64,000 bases of DNA from Candidatus Eiseniibacteriota bacterium (lineage in GTDB: Bacteria; Eisenbacteria; RBG-16-71-46), in assembly GCA_963725865.1 (NCBI GenBank), contig CAVSAC010000014.1, positions 1,088,001-1,152,000 on the forward strand, read 5' to 3'. Below the pieces are notes generated by a model that did no database searches, was not told the DNA's origin, and was given only the letters and a program-made list of their open reading frames with translations. Both the position numbers and the translations under genes were made by a program. Each line of letters begins with the position of its first letter. Within the stretch, counting starts at the first letter, position 1. Of the stretch, positions 10,478 through 18,968 are shown piece after piece.

Positions 10478-10512
10478 GGCCGCACTCTACCAGAGGGCGC
10501 CAACGGGCGGCG

Positions 10513-12252
10513 TCAGAACCGCACGCTCAGGCCGCCGTACTCCTGGTCGACGTGCTCCAGGCTGCCCGCCGTGTGCTCCCACGACAGCGACAGCAGCAGT
10601 CGACGCATGAAGCTCAGGTCGAGGTCCGTGCTGGTCCAGTTGGCGCGGTCCTCGGCGTTCACGGCCACGTCGCGGGTGGAGCGCGTGCCGCCGCTGAAAT
10701 CGAGATGGGCGCCGTCGAACGGATCGAGCGCCACGCCCAGCGAGATCAACTCGGAGCGGGACACCGGCGCGTCCGAGCGCGAGTACCGCGCGCGCAGGCG
10801 GCCGTTCATCGTCGTCAGGCGCATCAGCTCGCCGCTCGCCGACCAGGCGTTCGCGCGGTCGCTGGAGCCGCCCATGCTGCGGGCATCGCCGCTCACGCGC
10901 GCGTGCGGGCCCAGCTCGACCGACGCGCCCACCCATCCGCCTTCGCGGAAGCGGTCGTCGAACGCGGTCTCCGGCGTCTCGCGGTCCCGGTAGAGGCGCA
11001 CGTTGCGGCGCCCGTCGTATCCCGCGTTCAGCGACAGGCCCTCGGCCGGCTGCACGTTCACCGTCAGGAACGAGCTGGTGAGCATGAACGCCGAGCCCAC
11101 CGAGTCGCGGCGCCAGCCGCGCTCGATGTCGGCCTCCTGCGCGTACGACATCGAGACCAGCGCGTCGTGATAGTTGCCCTGCACGAACACGAAGTCGCGG
11201 TTGACCTGTCCGCGCGCCGTCGAGGTCACCCCGCCGAACGCCAGCGACCAGCGGCGCGCCGCGAGCGGGGCCTGGTGCGCCGCGAGGTAGAAGCCGCTCT
11301 GCAGGATCTCGCGGGACACCGTGAGCTGCACCGGGTCGGGCTGGGTGCCGCTGAACGCCCCCACGTCCCAGCGCCGGGAGCCCCACTCCCCGAGGCCGCC
11401 GTCGAACAGGCTCACCGAGGAGAGCAGCGGCGAGGCCTGGCGGCCGAGCGTCAGCCGATAGCGCGCGCTCGCGTCGTGCACCGAAGCGGCGAGGCGATAG
11501 ACGCGCGTCGAGGACTCGACCTGGTCGGGACCGGTGGTCGAGGTGCGGACGGTGCGACGGCCGCGCACGTCGCTCAGCAGGTCGATCGGCAGGCCGCCGG
11601 CGTTCACCGCCTCGAGTCGCATGTCGAGCGCGGGCTGCGTCATGTCGCCGGCCTCGCGGCTCTGGATCGCCAGGAGCCGCGCGCCGAGCCGGCCGCGCAG
11701 GCGCGAGGCGCGTGCGCGCGGGGGATTCGGCACCAGCACCGTGGCCGCATGAGGCATCACCTCGCCGGGCGCCGAGGGCGGCAGCACGGCGGAGCCCGCG
11801 GCGGGCGGCGTCGCGGCCGCGGCCGGCGGACCGACCGCCAGTCGGGGCGTGAAGCGCGCGACGTCACCGCCGCGCGGCAGCGTGGACCCCGGCAGCGTGT
11901 CGCAGGACGCGCCGTGCGACGACAGGAATGCGGCGCGCAGCCGCGCGATCGTCGCGCCGTCGCGCGCGACCACCAGCGTGTCGCCCTCGTTCAGCCCATC
12001 GCTGCGGCCGGCGTCGAGGTACACCGAGCCGCCCGTCACGTAGGTCACGCGCGCGGTCCCCGGTGAATTCTTCGGGGCCGGCGCCGCAGCGACCGGGGCG
12101 GGCGCCGTCGCGGCGGCCGCGACCGGGGCGGAGCGCGCGGGCAGCGCGCCCCGCGAGGCCGCCGTCGCGCCCGGCGGCGCAGCGTGGGCGCTCCCCGCCG
12201 CCAGGGCGGCGAGGAGCACGACGAGCGGTCGGAGCGGCCGCGTTCGGATCAT
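10513..12252 (-). CDS. Outer-membrane beta-barrel protein (putative cytochrome-conduit porin), 579 aa
   Basis: Start taken as MIRTRPLRPLVVLLAALAAGSAHA (ATG overlaps the upstream TGA). Signal peptide, a small beta domain, a Pro/Ala linker, many amphipathic strands, and a C-terminal YGGLSVRF (Bam-type terminal Phe). Confidence 0.75.
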   Translation of the reverse strand: MIRTRPLRPLVVLLAALAAGSAHAAPPGATAASRGALPARSAPVAAAATAPAPVAAAPAPKNSPGTARVTYVTGGSVYLDAGRSDGLNEGDTLVVARDGATIARLRAAFLSSHGASCDTLPGSTLPRGGDVARFTPRLAVGPPAAAATPPAAGSAVLPPSAPGEVMPHAATVLVPNPPRARASRLRGRLGARLLAIQSREAGDMTQPALDMRLEAVNAGGLPIDLLSDVRGRRTVRTSTTGPDQVESSTRVYRLAASVHDASARYRLTLGRQASPLLSSVSLFDGGLGEWGSRRWDVGAFSGTQPDPVQLTVSREILQSGFYLAAHQAPLAARRWSLAFGGVTSTARGQVNRDFVFVQGNYHDALVSMSYAQEADIERGWRRDSVGSAFMLTSSFLTVNVQPAEGLSLNAGYDGRRNVRLYRDRETPETAFDDRFREGGWVGASVELGPHARVSGDARSMGGSSDRANAWSASGELMRLTTMNGRLRARYSRSDAPVSRSELISLGVALDPFDGAHLDFSGGTRSTRDVAVNAEDRANWTSTDLDLSFMRRLLLSLSWEHTAGSLEHVDQEYGGLSVRF

Positions 12253-14432
12253 CACACGCTCCGATGGCACGAGTAGCACGCGCTGCTCTGGTACGAGTAC
12301 CCGGAGCGGCCGGCATGCTCGCTGTCCATCCGGGTCTTCGGGTGACACGACAGACAGTCGAACTGCGCGTAGTTGGTCGGCGCGTTGTGACAATCCGAGC
12401 AGTTCGTCCACTTCCCGTTGTGCTTGCCGGAGTAGATCTTGAAGTACGGGGAGTCGTGGTTGACGCGCGCCCCGGCCCACAGCGTGGTGGTGTGACAGTC
12501 GCCGCACGTGGTGGCGATCCCCGCGCCCGGATGGTTCGGGTCGACGGCCGTGTTGTAGTCGGTCTGGTGGCAGCTCACGCACGCCGTGCTCTTGCCGGCG
12601 TACACCCCGTCGCCATGACACGCGCCGCAGCTCGCGGTGGTGTGCGCGCCGGTGAGCGGGAACGCGGTGTTGGCGTGGTTGAAGCTCGCCCCCGCCCAGC
12701 TGGTCGTGGTGTGACACGACGTGCACGAAGTGGGGAACGACGGCAGCGAGTGCCTGGGATTGGTCACGCCGTTGTAGTCGGCGGCGTGGCACGAGTAGCA
12801 GTCGGTGCTCTTGCCGGCGTACACCCCGTCGCCGTGGCAGCCCGCGCAGTTCACCGAGCGGTGGGCGCCGGTGAGGGGGAATGCGGTGGTGCTGTGGTCG
12901 AACGCCGCGCCCGCCCACGACGCGGTGCCGTGGCAGTTCGTGCAGGTGGTCGGGTAGCTCGGCAGCGTGTGATGCGGGTCGGTGGTGTTGTTGTAGTCGG
13001 TCTGGTGGCAACTGACGCACGCCGTGCTCTTGCCCGCGTACACCCCGTCCCCGTGACAGCTCACGCAGGTGGCCGCGATGTGCGCCCCGGTGAGCGGGAA
13101 CGCGGTCGCCGCGTGGTTGAACGTGGCGCCCGCCCACGACGTCGTGGTGTGGCACGGCGTGCACGTGGTGGGGAAGCTCGGCGTGGTGTGCCTGGGATCG
13201 GTGGTGCCGCTGTAGTCGGCCTGGTGGCACCCGTAGCACAGCGTGGTCTTGCCCTGGTAGACGCCGTCCCCGTGACACGCCGTGCAGGCGGTGGCGCGAT
13301 GGGCGCCGGTGAGCGGGAACGCGGTCGCGTCGTGGTTGATGGCCGCACCGGACCACGAGGTGGTGCCGTGGCAGGTGGTGCACGTCAGCGGGAAGCTGGG
13401 CTGGGTGTGCCGCGGACTGGTGGCGCCGTTGTAGTCGGTCTGGTGGCACGACGCGCAGGCGGTGCTCTTGCCGTTGTACACCCCGTCGCCGTGGCAACCC
13501 GCGCAGGTGGTCGCGCGGTGGGCGCCGGTGAGCGGGAACGCCGTCGCGTTGTGGTCGAACGTGGCGGTGTTCCAGGCCGTGGTGGAGTGGCAGGTCGCGC
13601 AGGCGACGGGGAAGCCGGCCGCGCCGTGCGCGGGCGTGGTCGTGGCGTCGTACTGGGCGCGGTGGCACGACACGCAGTCCTTCGGCGTGCCCTTGAACTG
13701 GTTGTTCGCGTGGCACGAGCCGCACGCCACCGCGCGGTGCGCGCCGGTGAGCGGGAAGCCCGACTGCGAGTGGTCGAACTTGGCCGCGTGCCAGCCCAGC
13801 GGGGTGTGACAGCTGGCACAGTCGGTCGAGAAGCCCTGGCCGTGGTCGGGGTCCTTGGCGGCGCGGAAGTCCGCCATGTGGCAGTCGGCGCACGCCGCGC
13901 GCGTGCCGACGAACTGCATGTGTCCCGAGGCCGCCGGCTTGTGGCAGGTCTCGCAGTCGAGTCCCGCGTGTCCGCCGGTGAGCGGGAAGCGGGTGGTCTG
14001 GTGGAGCCGCCGCATCGCCGCCATGTCCGTGAACGAGCGCGCGCTGTGGCAGCGGGCGCAGTCGGTGCCGTTCTCGCCGCGGTGGATGTCCTCGTGGCAC
14101 GAGGTGCAGTTCATCTTGTGCTGCTTGAACTCCAGCGTGGCGTGGCAGGCGGTGCAGTTGGCGGCCGCGTGCGCGCCCTCGAGCGGAAAGCCGTAGCGCG
14201 CGCCGTGGTCGAACCGCCGGCTGACCTTCACCGGCGTCCAGGCGTCGGCCCGGTGACACATGCCGCAGTCCTCGCGGAAGTCGCCGTGCGGGTTCTCCAC
14301 CCGCCTGGCGGCCGGCGCCGCGAGCGAGCTCACGCCGAGCACGAGCAGCGGCGCGAGCAGCAGTAACGCCGCCAGCACGCGCGCGGCCGCGCGACTCCGG
14401 TTCGATCCGGGACTAATGGAGCCATGCAGCAT
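12252..14432 (-). CDS. Multiheme cytochrome c, 28 CxxCH, built from tandem triheme repeats
   Basis: Signal peptide and 28 CxxCH counted by eye. Repeat unit: F(D/N)H..TAFPLTGAH....CxxCH...CxxCH...P.H...CxxCH. Confidence 0.95.
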   Translation of the reverse strand: MLHGSISPGSNRSRAAARVLAALLLLAPLLVLGVSSLAAPAARRVENPHGDFREDCGMCHRADAWTPVKVSRRFDHGARYGFPLEGAHAAANCTACHATLEFKQHKMNCTSCHEDIHRGENGTDCARCHSARSFTDMAAMRRLHQTTRFPLTGGHAGLDCETCHKPAASGHMQFVGTRAACADCHMADFRAAKDPDHGQGFSTDCASCHTPLGWHAAKFDHSQSGFPLTGAHRAVACGSCHANNQFKGTPKDCVSCHRAQYDATTTPAHGAAGFPVACATCHSTTAWNTATFDHNATAFPLTGAHRATTCAGCHGDGVYNGKSTACASCHQTDYNGATSPRHTQPSFPLTCTTCHGTTSWSGAAINHDATAFPLTGAHRATACTACHGDGVYQGKTTLCYGCHQADYSGTTDPRHTTPSFPTTCTPCHTTTSWAGATFNHAATAFPLTGAHIAATCVSCHGDGVYAGKSTACVSCHQTDYNNTTDPHHTLPSYPTTCTNCHGTASWAGAAFDHSTTAFPLTGAHRSVNCAGCHGDGVYAGKSTDCYSCHAADYNGVTNPRHSLPSFPTSCTSCHTTTSWAGASFNHANTAFPLTGAHTTASCGACHGDGVYAGKSTACVSCHQTDYNTAVDPNHPGAGIATTCGDCHTTTLWAGARVNHDSPYFKIYSGKHNGKWTNCSDCHNAPTNYAQFDCLSCHPKTRMDSEHAGRSGYSYQSSACYSCHRSV
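12500..13830 (-). repeat. Intragenic tandem 219-bp (73-aa) triheme repeat, about 6 copies (boundaries approximate)
   Basis: The gtgag(c/g)gggaa anchor (reverse complement of the FPLT codons) occurs at 12652, 12871, 13090, 13309, 13528 and 13747, exactly 219 bp apart. The next copy, at 13978, is 231 bp on. Confidence 0.9.
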
Positions 14433-16248
14433 GGCGAACCTCCCGCGAGGTGAGGAGGGTGAAGACGCCCCACGGGGGGAGCGAGGCGTCGCGGAGTGAC
14501 GTGGTCTTCAGCGGAGCGATGCCGGGCGCGTGGCAGGCTTCGCAACGCGTCGGCACGCCCTGGTACGGAACGAAGGTCGCATCCCCGCGCCGCTCGGGAC
14601 GATGGCAGGCGGCGCAGGCGACGCGCGCGTGGGCACCCTCGAGCTTGAACGCCGAATCGCGGTCGTGCGAGAAGCGATCGGCCGGCGCGAAGTGTTCATC
14701 GGTGTGGCAGCCCTGGCAGGCGCCCTTGTCCTTGCGCTTGGCGAACTGGCCGGCGTGCGGATCGGCGTGGCACTCGACGCACGCCGAGCGCGACTCGGCG
14801 AAGCGGAGCGGCCGCGCCGACTTCGCGGCGGCGAGCAGCGTCGAGGTCGACGGCGCCGCCTTGAGCTCCTGGTGGCACGCCACGCACGGCGTGGCCCGGT
14901 GCGCGCCCGCGAGCGGGAACGTCGTCTGTGCGTGCACGGCGATGTCGAACTGCGAGGGCCGGAACGCCGCCGCCGTGTGGCAGGCGAGGCAGTCCTTGGC
15001 CCGCGCCCGCGCGCCGCCGGCCGCGAACCGGCCGCCGTGCGGGTCGAGATGGCAGTCGGTGCAGCGCGCGTGCGCGGGCCGCATCAGGACGCGCGCCGCT
15101 CCGAAGCGCGCCTCGGAGCCCGCAGGCTGTCTGCCGTGGCACTTGTCGCAGTCCACGGTCACGTGCCGCCCCGCGAGCGGGTACGCGCTGCCCTGGTGCA
15201 TCGCCACGGTGTAGGCGGGGCGGTCGAAGCCCTCGACGCCGTGGCACGAGGCGCAGTCGACGACCTTGCCCGCGAGCGTCGCGGTGCCGGCGTGCTGGTC
15301 CTTGTGGCAGTCGGCGCAGGCGGCGAACTTCGGCTTCTGCCCCCACGCCGTCTTCGGGTCATGGCACTTCGCGCACGCCACCGCGACGTGCTTTCCGCGC
15401 AGCGGGTAGCGGGTCTTCTCGTGATCGAAGCCGCGCGGGTCGATGCTCGCGAACGACTCCGTGCGATGGCACGACGAGCAGTTCTTCTGGAAGCGACCGT
15501 TGTGCGGATCCTTGTGGCAGGGCGTGCAGTCCTTGAACGGAAGCGGCTTCCACTGCGGCACCGGCGCGCCCTTCTCGTCGCGGGCGCTCGTGAACTGAGG
15601 CATCAGGTGGCACTTCTCGCACGCCAACGGCACGTGCTTGCCCGTGAGCGGATAGGCGGTCCTGGCGTGATCGAATCCGAGCGCCGGCTTCCACGCGCGC
15701 TCGTTGTGGCACTGGGTGCAGCGGGTGCCGAGCTGGCCACGGTGCGGATCGGCGTGACACGACGCGCAGTCGGTCTCCAGCCCCAGCCACGAGGTCGCGT
15801 GGTCCTTCTTCTGGATGAACGCGACGGCGGCCGAGCGCTGGAACTTCGGCAGGTGGCACTTCGCGCACGCCAGCTCGGCGTGCTTGCCGGCCAGCGGGTA
15901 GCCGGTCCGCGCGTGGTCGAAGCGCTCCGGCGCGCCCTCGTCCCACTTCACGAGCGCGAACCCGCGCCCGCCGTGGTCCGGATGGCACTTGGCGCACGCG
16001 CCCTTGCCGTCGCGCGCATGGAATCCCCGGCCGCGCGTCTTCATCCAGTCCACCTCCTTGTGGCACGCGAGGCAGCGCTCGTCCATCGAGCCCTGGCCCC
16101 CGCGGGGGTGGCACTGGAAGCACCGGGTCGGGTTGTCGAACGCCTCGTGCGCGCTCGCGAGCGGGCCGGGCGACAGCTGGGCGCGAGCAGGCACGGCTCC
16201 GCCGAGCAGGGCGGCCAGCAGGGCGACGAAGAGCGCACGCGCACGCAT
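14413..16248 (-). CDS. Multiheme cytochrome c, 20 CxxCH (611 aa)
   Basis: Start MRARALFVALLAALLGGAVPARA-QLSPGPLASAH (signal peptide). 20 CxxCH counted, in FDH..T.YPL.GKH...CxxCH..CxxCHxDPH.G..CxxCH repeats. Confidence 0.95.
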   Translation of the reverse strand: MRARALFVALLAALLGGAVPARAQLSPGPLASAHEAFDNPTRCFQCHPRGGQGSMDERCLACHKEVDWMKTRGRGFHARDGKGACAKCHPDHGGRGFALVKWDEGAPERFDHARTGYPLAGKHAELACAKCHLPKFQRSAAVAFIQKKDHATSWLGLETDCASCHADPHRGQLGTRCTQCHNERAWKPALGFDHARTAYPLTGKHVPLACEKCHLMPQFTSARDEKGAPVPQWKPLPFKDCTPCHKDPHNGRFQKNCSSCHRTESFASIDPRGFDHEKTRYPLRGKHVAVACAKCHDPKTAWGQKPKFAACADCHKDQHAGTATLAGKVVDCASCHGVEGFDRPAYTVAMHQGSAYPLAGRHVTVDCDKCHGRQPAGSEARFGAARVLMRPAHARCTDCHLDPHGGRFAAGGARARAKDCLACHTAAAFRPSQFDIAVHAQTTFPLAGAHRATPCVACHQELKAAPSTSTLLAAAKSARPLRFAESRSACVECHADPHAGQFAKRKDKGACQGCHTDEHFAPADRFSHDRDSAFKLEGAHARVACAACHRPERRGDATFVPYQGVPTRCEACHAPGIAPLKTTSLRDASLPPWGVFTLLTSREVRHAAWLH

Positions 16249-17687
16249 CACCTCGCGGCCACGGCGCCCTCGGCTTGCGCCGTGGGCTCGGGCAGCGCGA
16301 TCTCCTTTCGCACGATGAGCACGCCGATCCGCTTCAGGAACTCGTACGGCGGGGTGCCGCCGGCGCGCACGATCACCGCGTCGTTCGGGAGCAGGTGCGG
16401 ACGGCCCTGCCACTCCAGCACCACCTGCTGCTCGCGGATCTCGCGCACCTGGCTCTGGAGCAGCAGCGTGACCTGGCGCGCGGCGACCGCCGCGTCGAGC
16501 TTCTGGCGATTGCGGTCCTTCACGCGGCTGAACGCGTCGCCCCGGTACGAGAGAGTCACCGTGGCGCCGTCCTGGTGGGCGAGGCCGAGCGCGGACTCGA
16601 CCGCGCTGTCGCCGCCGCCGACCACGAGGCAGTGCATGCCGGCGAACTCCTCCATCTCCACGATGTCGTAGAACACCTTCTCGGAGTCCTCTCCCGGCAC
16701 CTCGAGCTTGCGCGGCGTGCCGCGACGGCCCATCGCCAGCACCACGTTGCGCGCGCGCCACTCGCCCCCGTTGGAGACCACCGTGAACGTCCCGTCGCTC
16801 TCGCGGCGCAGGTCGGTGACGCGCTCGCCGGTCTGGACCGCCAGCGCGGTCTTGCGGATGACGGTCTCCCAGACCTGCAGCAACTCCTCCTTGGTCGCGT
16901 CGGCGATCCACAGGTCGCCGTACATCGGCACGCTGAGCGGCTCGGCGAGCAGCAGCTTGTGGCGGGGATACTTCCGGATGCTCTCGGTGAGCGTGCCCTG
17001 TTCGAGCACCACGTACGAGAGCCGCTCGCGCAGCGCCTGCAGGCCGGCCGAGAGTCCCGCCGGGCCGGAGCCGACCACCACCACGTCGTACACGCCGGCC
17101 ACGGGCGCGGCGCTCGCGCGCTTGCGCGCGACGTGTTCGACTGCGAGTTTGCCTTCGTTGATCGCGTTCTTGATGAGTCCGCGTCCGCCCAGCTCGCCGA
17201 CCACGTAGAGCCCGTCGACGGTGCTCTCGAAGTTCACCGAGACCAGCGGCACCTCGACGTACTGCACCGCGGCGCCCGAGGTGACGAGGATCGCGCCGAC
17301 CGGGCACGCGGCGACGCACGAGGCGTGGCCCTTGCACAGGTCCTTGTTCACCACCGCGAGCTTGTGGACCAGCGTGACGGCTCCCGGCTCGGGGCACGCC
17401 GCCACGCAGGTGCCGCAGCCCACGCACAGGTCGGCGCGCACCAGCGCGTGCTTGGGCCCGTCGCCACCGCCGGCCTCGGTGCCGTCCGCCACCACCTTCG
17501 CCATCACGATGTCGAACGCGGCCACCGGCGCGCCGCAGCGCGGGCAGTACTGCGACGCCTTCGGGACCGCCGCCTGGCAGCGCGGGCACGGCGTCGTCGC
17601 GGCCGCCGCGGGACGCTGGTGGCCGCGCAGGTGCAGCCACATGAACAGGGCCGAGACCGCGAGGAAGGCGAGCGTGGTGATCAGCAT
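16248..17687 (-). CDS. Membrane-anchored zinc-ribbon / 2[4Fe-4S] ferredoxin / FAD-NAD(P)H oxidoreductase (TrxB/YpdA-like) fusion
   Basis: N-terminal TM (MLITTLAFLAVSALFMWLH), CPRC-x10-CPRC, CVGCGTCVAACP and CKGHASCVAACP, GSGPAG (FAD) and VVGGGDSA..YRG (NADPH-type). Confidence 0.88.
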   Translation of the reverse strand: MLITTLAFLAVSALFMWLHLRGHQRPAAAATTPCPRCQAAVPKASQYCPRCGAPVAAFDIVMAKVVADGTEAGGGDGPKHALVRADLCVGCGTCVAACPEPGAVTLVHKLAVVNKDLCKGHASCVAACPVGAILVTSGAAVQYVEVPLVSVNFESTVDGLYVVGELGGRGLIKNAINEGKLAVEHVARKRASAAPVAGVYDVVVVGSGPAGLSAGLQALRERLSYVVLEQGTLTESIRKYPRHKLLLAEPLSVPMYGDLWIADATKEELLQVWETVIRKTALAVQTGERVTDLRRESDGTFTVVSNGGEWRARNVVLAMGRRGTPRKLEVPGEDSEKVFYDIVEMEEFAGMHCLVVGGGDSAVESALGLAHQDGATVTLSYRGDAFSRVKDRNRQKLDAAVAARQVTLLLQSQVREIREQQVVLEWQGRPHLLPNDAVIVRAGGTPPYEFLKRIGVLIVRKEIALPEPTAQAEGAVAAR

Positions 17688-17694
17688 GGCCGCC

Positions 17695-18708
17695 TCAGAA
17701 CCCGACCGCTCCGACCAGCACCGCCACCACCACGTGGATCGCGACCGCGAGCAGCGCGGTGACGGCGAACGGGCGATGCGCGACGTGCCAGTACCCGAAC
17801 ACCGTCCGCGTCGCATCGAGCATCCGCACCTGCTGCGCGAGCGCGATCTCGCGCCGCGCGAGCTTCATCGCCTCGGCGAGCGCGGTGGTGCTCGGCGGGC
17901 GCGCGCCGGGACGCGGGGACGACCACTGGCGGCGCAGGTCGTCGATCGCGCGGCGGCGCGACCAGTCGTCCTGCATCATCCGCCACAGCGTCCGCAGCGG
18001 ATCGAGACCCGCGTAGGAGCGCTGGTTCACCGCGAGCGAGCGGTTCACGTCCTGCGGCTCGATGCCGGTCGCGGCCGCGATGCGCGTGATGATCGCGCGG
18101 CGCTCGTTCTCGACCTCGCCCATCGTCAGCTCGAGCCCGTCGCGATTCCGCGGGATGTGGACGTACAGGTAGCGGCCCACGATCCCCGAGAGGCTGACCA
18201 GCAGCATCGCGACGTAGCCGAGTCCGATCAGGCCCTCGAAGCGCCAGCCGGCGTGCACGGCCACCAGCACCGGCACCGACAGCCCGGCCACGATGTGGAC
18301 GCGCATCCAGGAGCCGACCTTCCCGGTCCACGCCAGCCAGCGCACCTTCTTGCGCAGCGGGTAGAGCCACAGGAACAGGAACAGCGCGAAGCCCGCGATC
18401 CCGAAGCCGAGCCCGATCGCGCCCGAGGGCTTCAGCAGCGGATGCAGGGGGCTGCGCATGCGCTCGCCCTGGGACATGAGGTAGTAGGGCAGCCCGAGCA
18501 CGGTCGCGACCACCGGAATGGCCAGCGAGATCACGAGCGAGATCGCGTCCGCGTGGACACCCCCGCCGGCGGCCCGGCCCGGCCCCGGAACGGGCTGGGC
18601 CGCCGCCTTCGGGGCAGCCGGAGACACCGCCGCGGGCGCGCTCAGCCGCACCGGACCGACCGACTCAGCGCCGTCCAACGCGGCGCGATGCTGTGTCGCA
18701 GGGTGCAA
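17695..18708 (-). CDS. Integral membrane protein with two His-x13-His pairs (di-heme cytochrome b / ferric-reductase-like); start uncertain
   Basis: WMRVH-IVAGLSVPVLVAV-H and WHVAH-RPFAVTALLAVAI-H, about 5 TM. TTG 18708 is preceded by AGGAG. The track's ATG 18816 overlaps the sigma-54 promoter. Confidence 0.75.
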   Translation of the reverse strand: MHPATQHRAALDGAESVGPVRLSAPAAVSPAAPKAAAQPVPGPGRAAGGGVHADAISLVISLAIPVVATVLGLPYYLMSQGERMRSPLHPLLKPSGAIGLGFGIAGFALFLFLWLYPLRKKVRWLAWTGKVGSWMRVHIVAGLSVPVLVAVHAGWRFEGLIGLGYVAMLLVSLSGIVGRYLYVHIPRNRDGLELTMGEVENERRAIITRIAAATGIEPQDVNRSLAVNQRSYAGLDPLRTLWRMMQDDWSRRRAIDDLRRQWSSPRPGARPPSTTALAEAMKLARREIALAQQVRMLDATRTVFGYWHVAHRPFAVTALLAVAIHVVVAVLVGAVGF

Positions 18709-18800
18709 AATGCCATCTCCTGGGCAGGGTCCATGGGAGCGATGCCGAGCAGTCGCAACACCCTGGGGGGGCCAGGGGACAGGATGACCGCTTGGTAACG

Positions 18801-18815
18801 GCAAGAGGAGTGCCA
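18801..18815 (-). promoter_or_regulatory. Sigma-54 (-24/-12) promoter of the cytochrome operon
   Basis: Minus strand reads TGGCACTCCTCTTGC, which is the TGGCAC-N5-TTGC consensus with exact GG-N10-GC spacing. Confidence 0.8.
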
Positions 18816-18968
18816 TCTACCGCCCTGCTGATACCCCAGAGGGGCGGAGGACGTCCAGGTGAAATTGTTCACGAGGAGAGATCGTCCGGGCCCTTCGGGA
18901 ACTCCAACGCACGCGTGAGAGTCGCGGTCATTGCCGCCGGGAGGGCACGCTGTTAAACTCCGCCGCCC

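Noticed and set aside
12500..13830. Regular repeats as a CRISPR array
   Set aside because: The period is 219 bp, the repeats are in-frame and coding, and there are no unique spacers or cas genes.
10513..14259. 1248-aa ORF as a single protein
   Set aside because: Its first ~670 aa are an off-frame reading of the 28-heme gene; the real gene starts at 12252.
11928..14366. Long repetitive plus-strand ORF (also 14530..16671, 23335..25935, 34528..37290, 45878..48853, 61425..63962 and similar)
   Set aside because: These are antisense shadows of real genes, expected at this GC content; they are Arg/Ala/Gly-rich with no motifs.
14413..17640. 1075-aa ORF as a single protein
   Set aside because: Its N-terminal part is an off-frame shadow of the flavoprotein; the cytochrome begins with a signal peptide at 16248.
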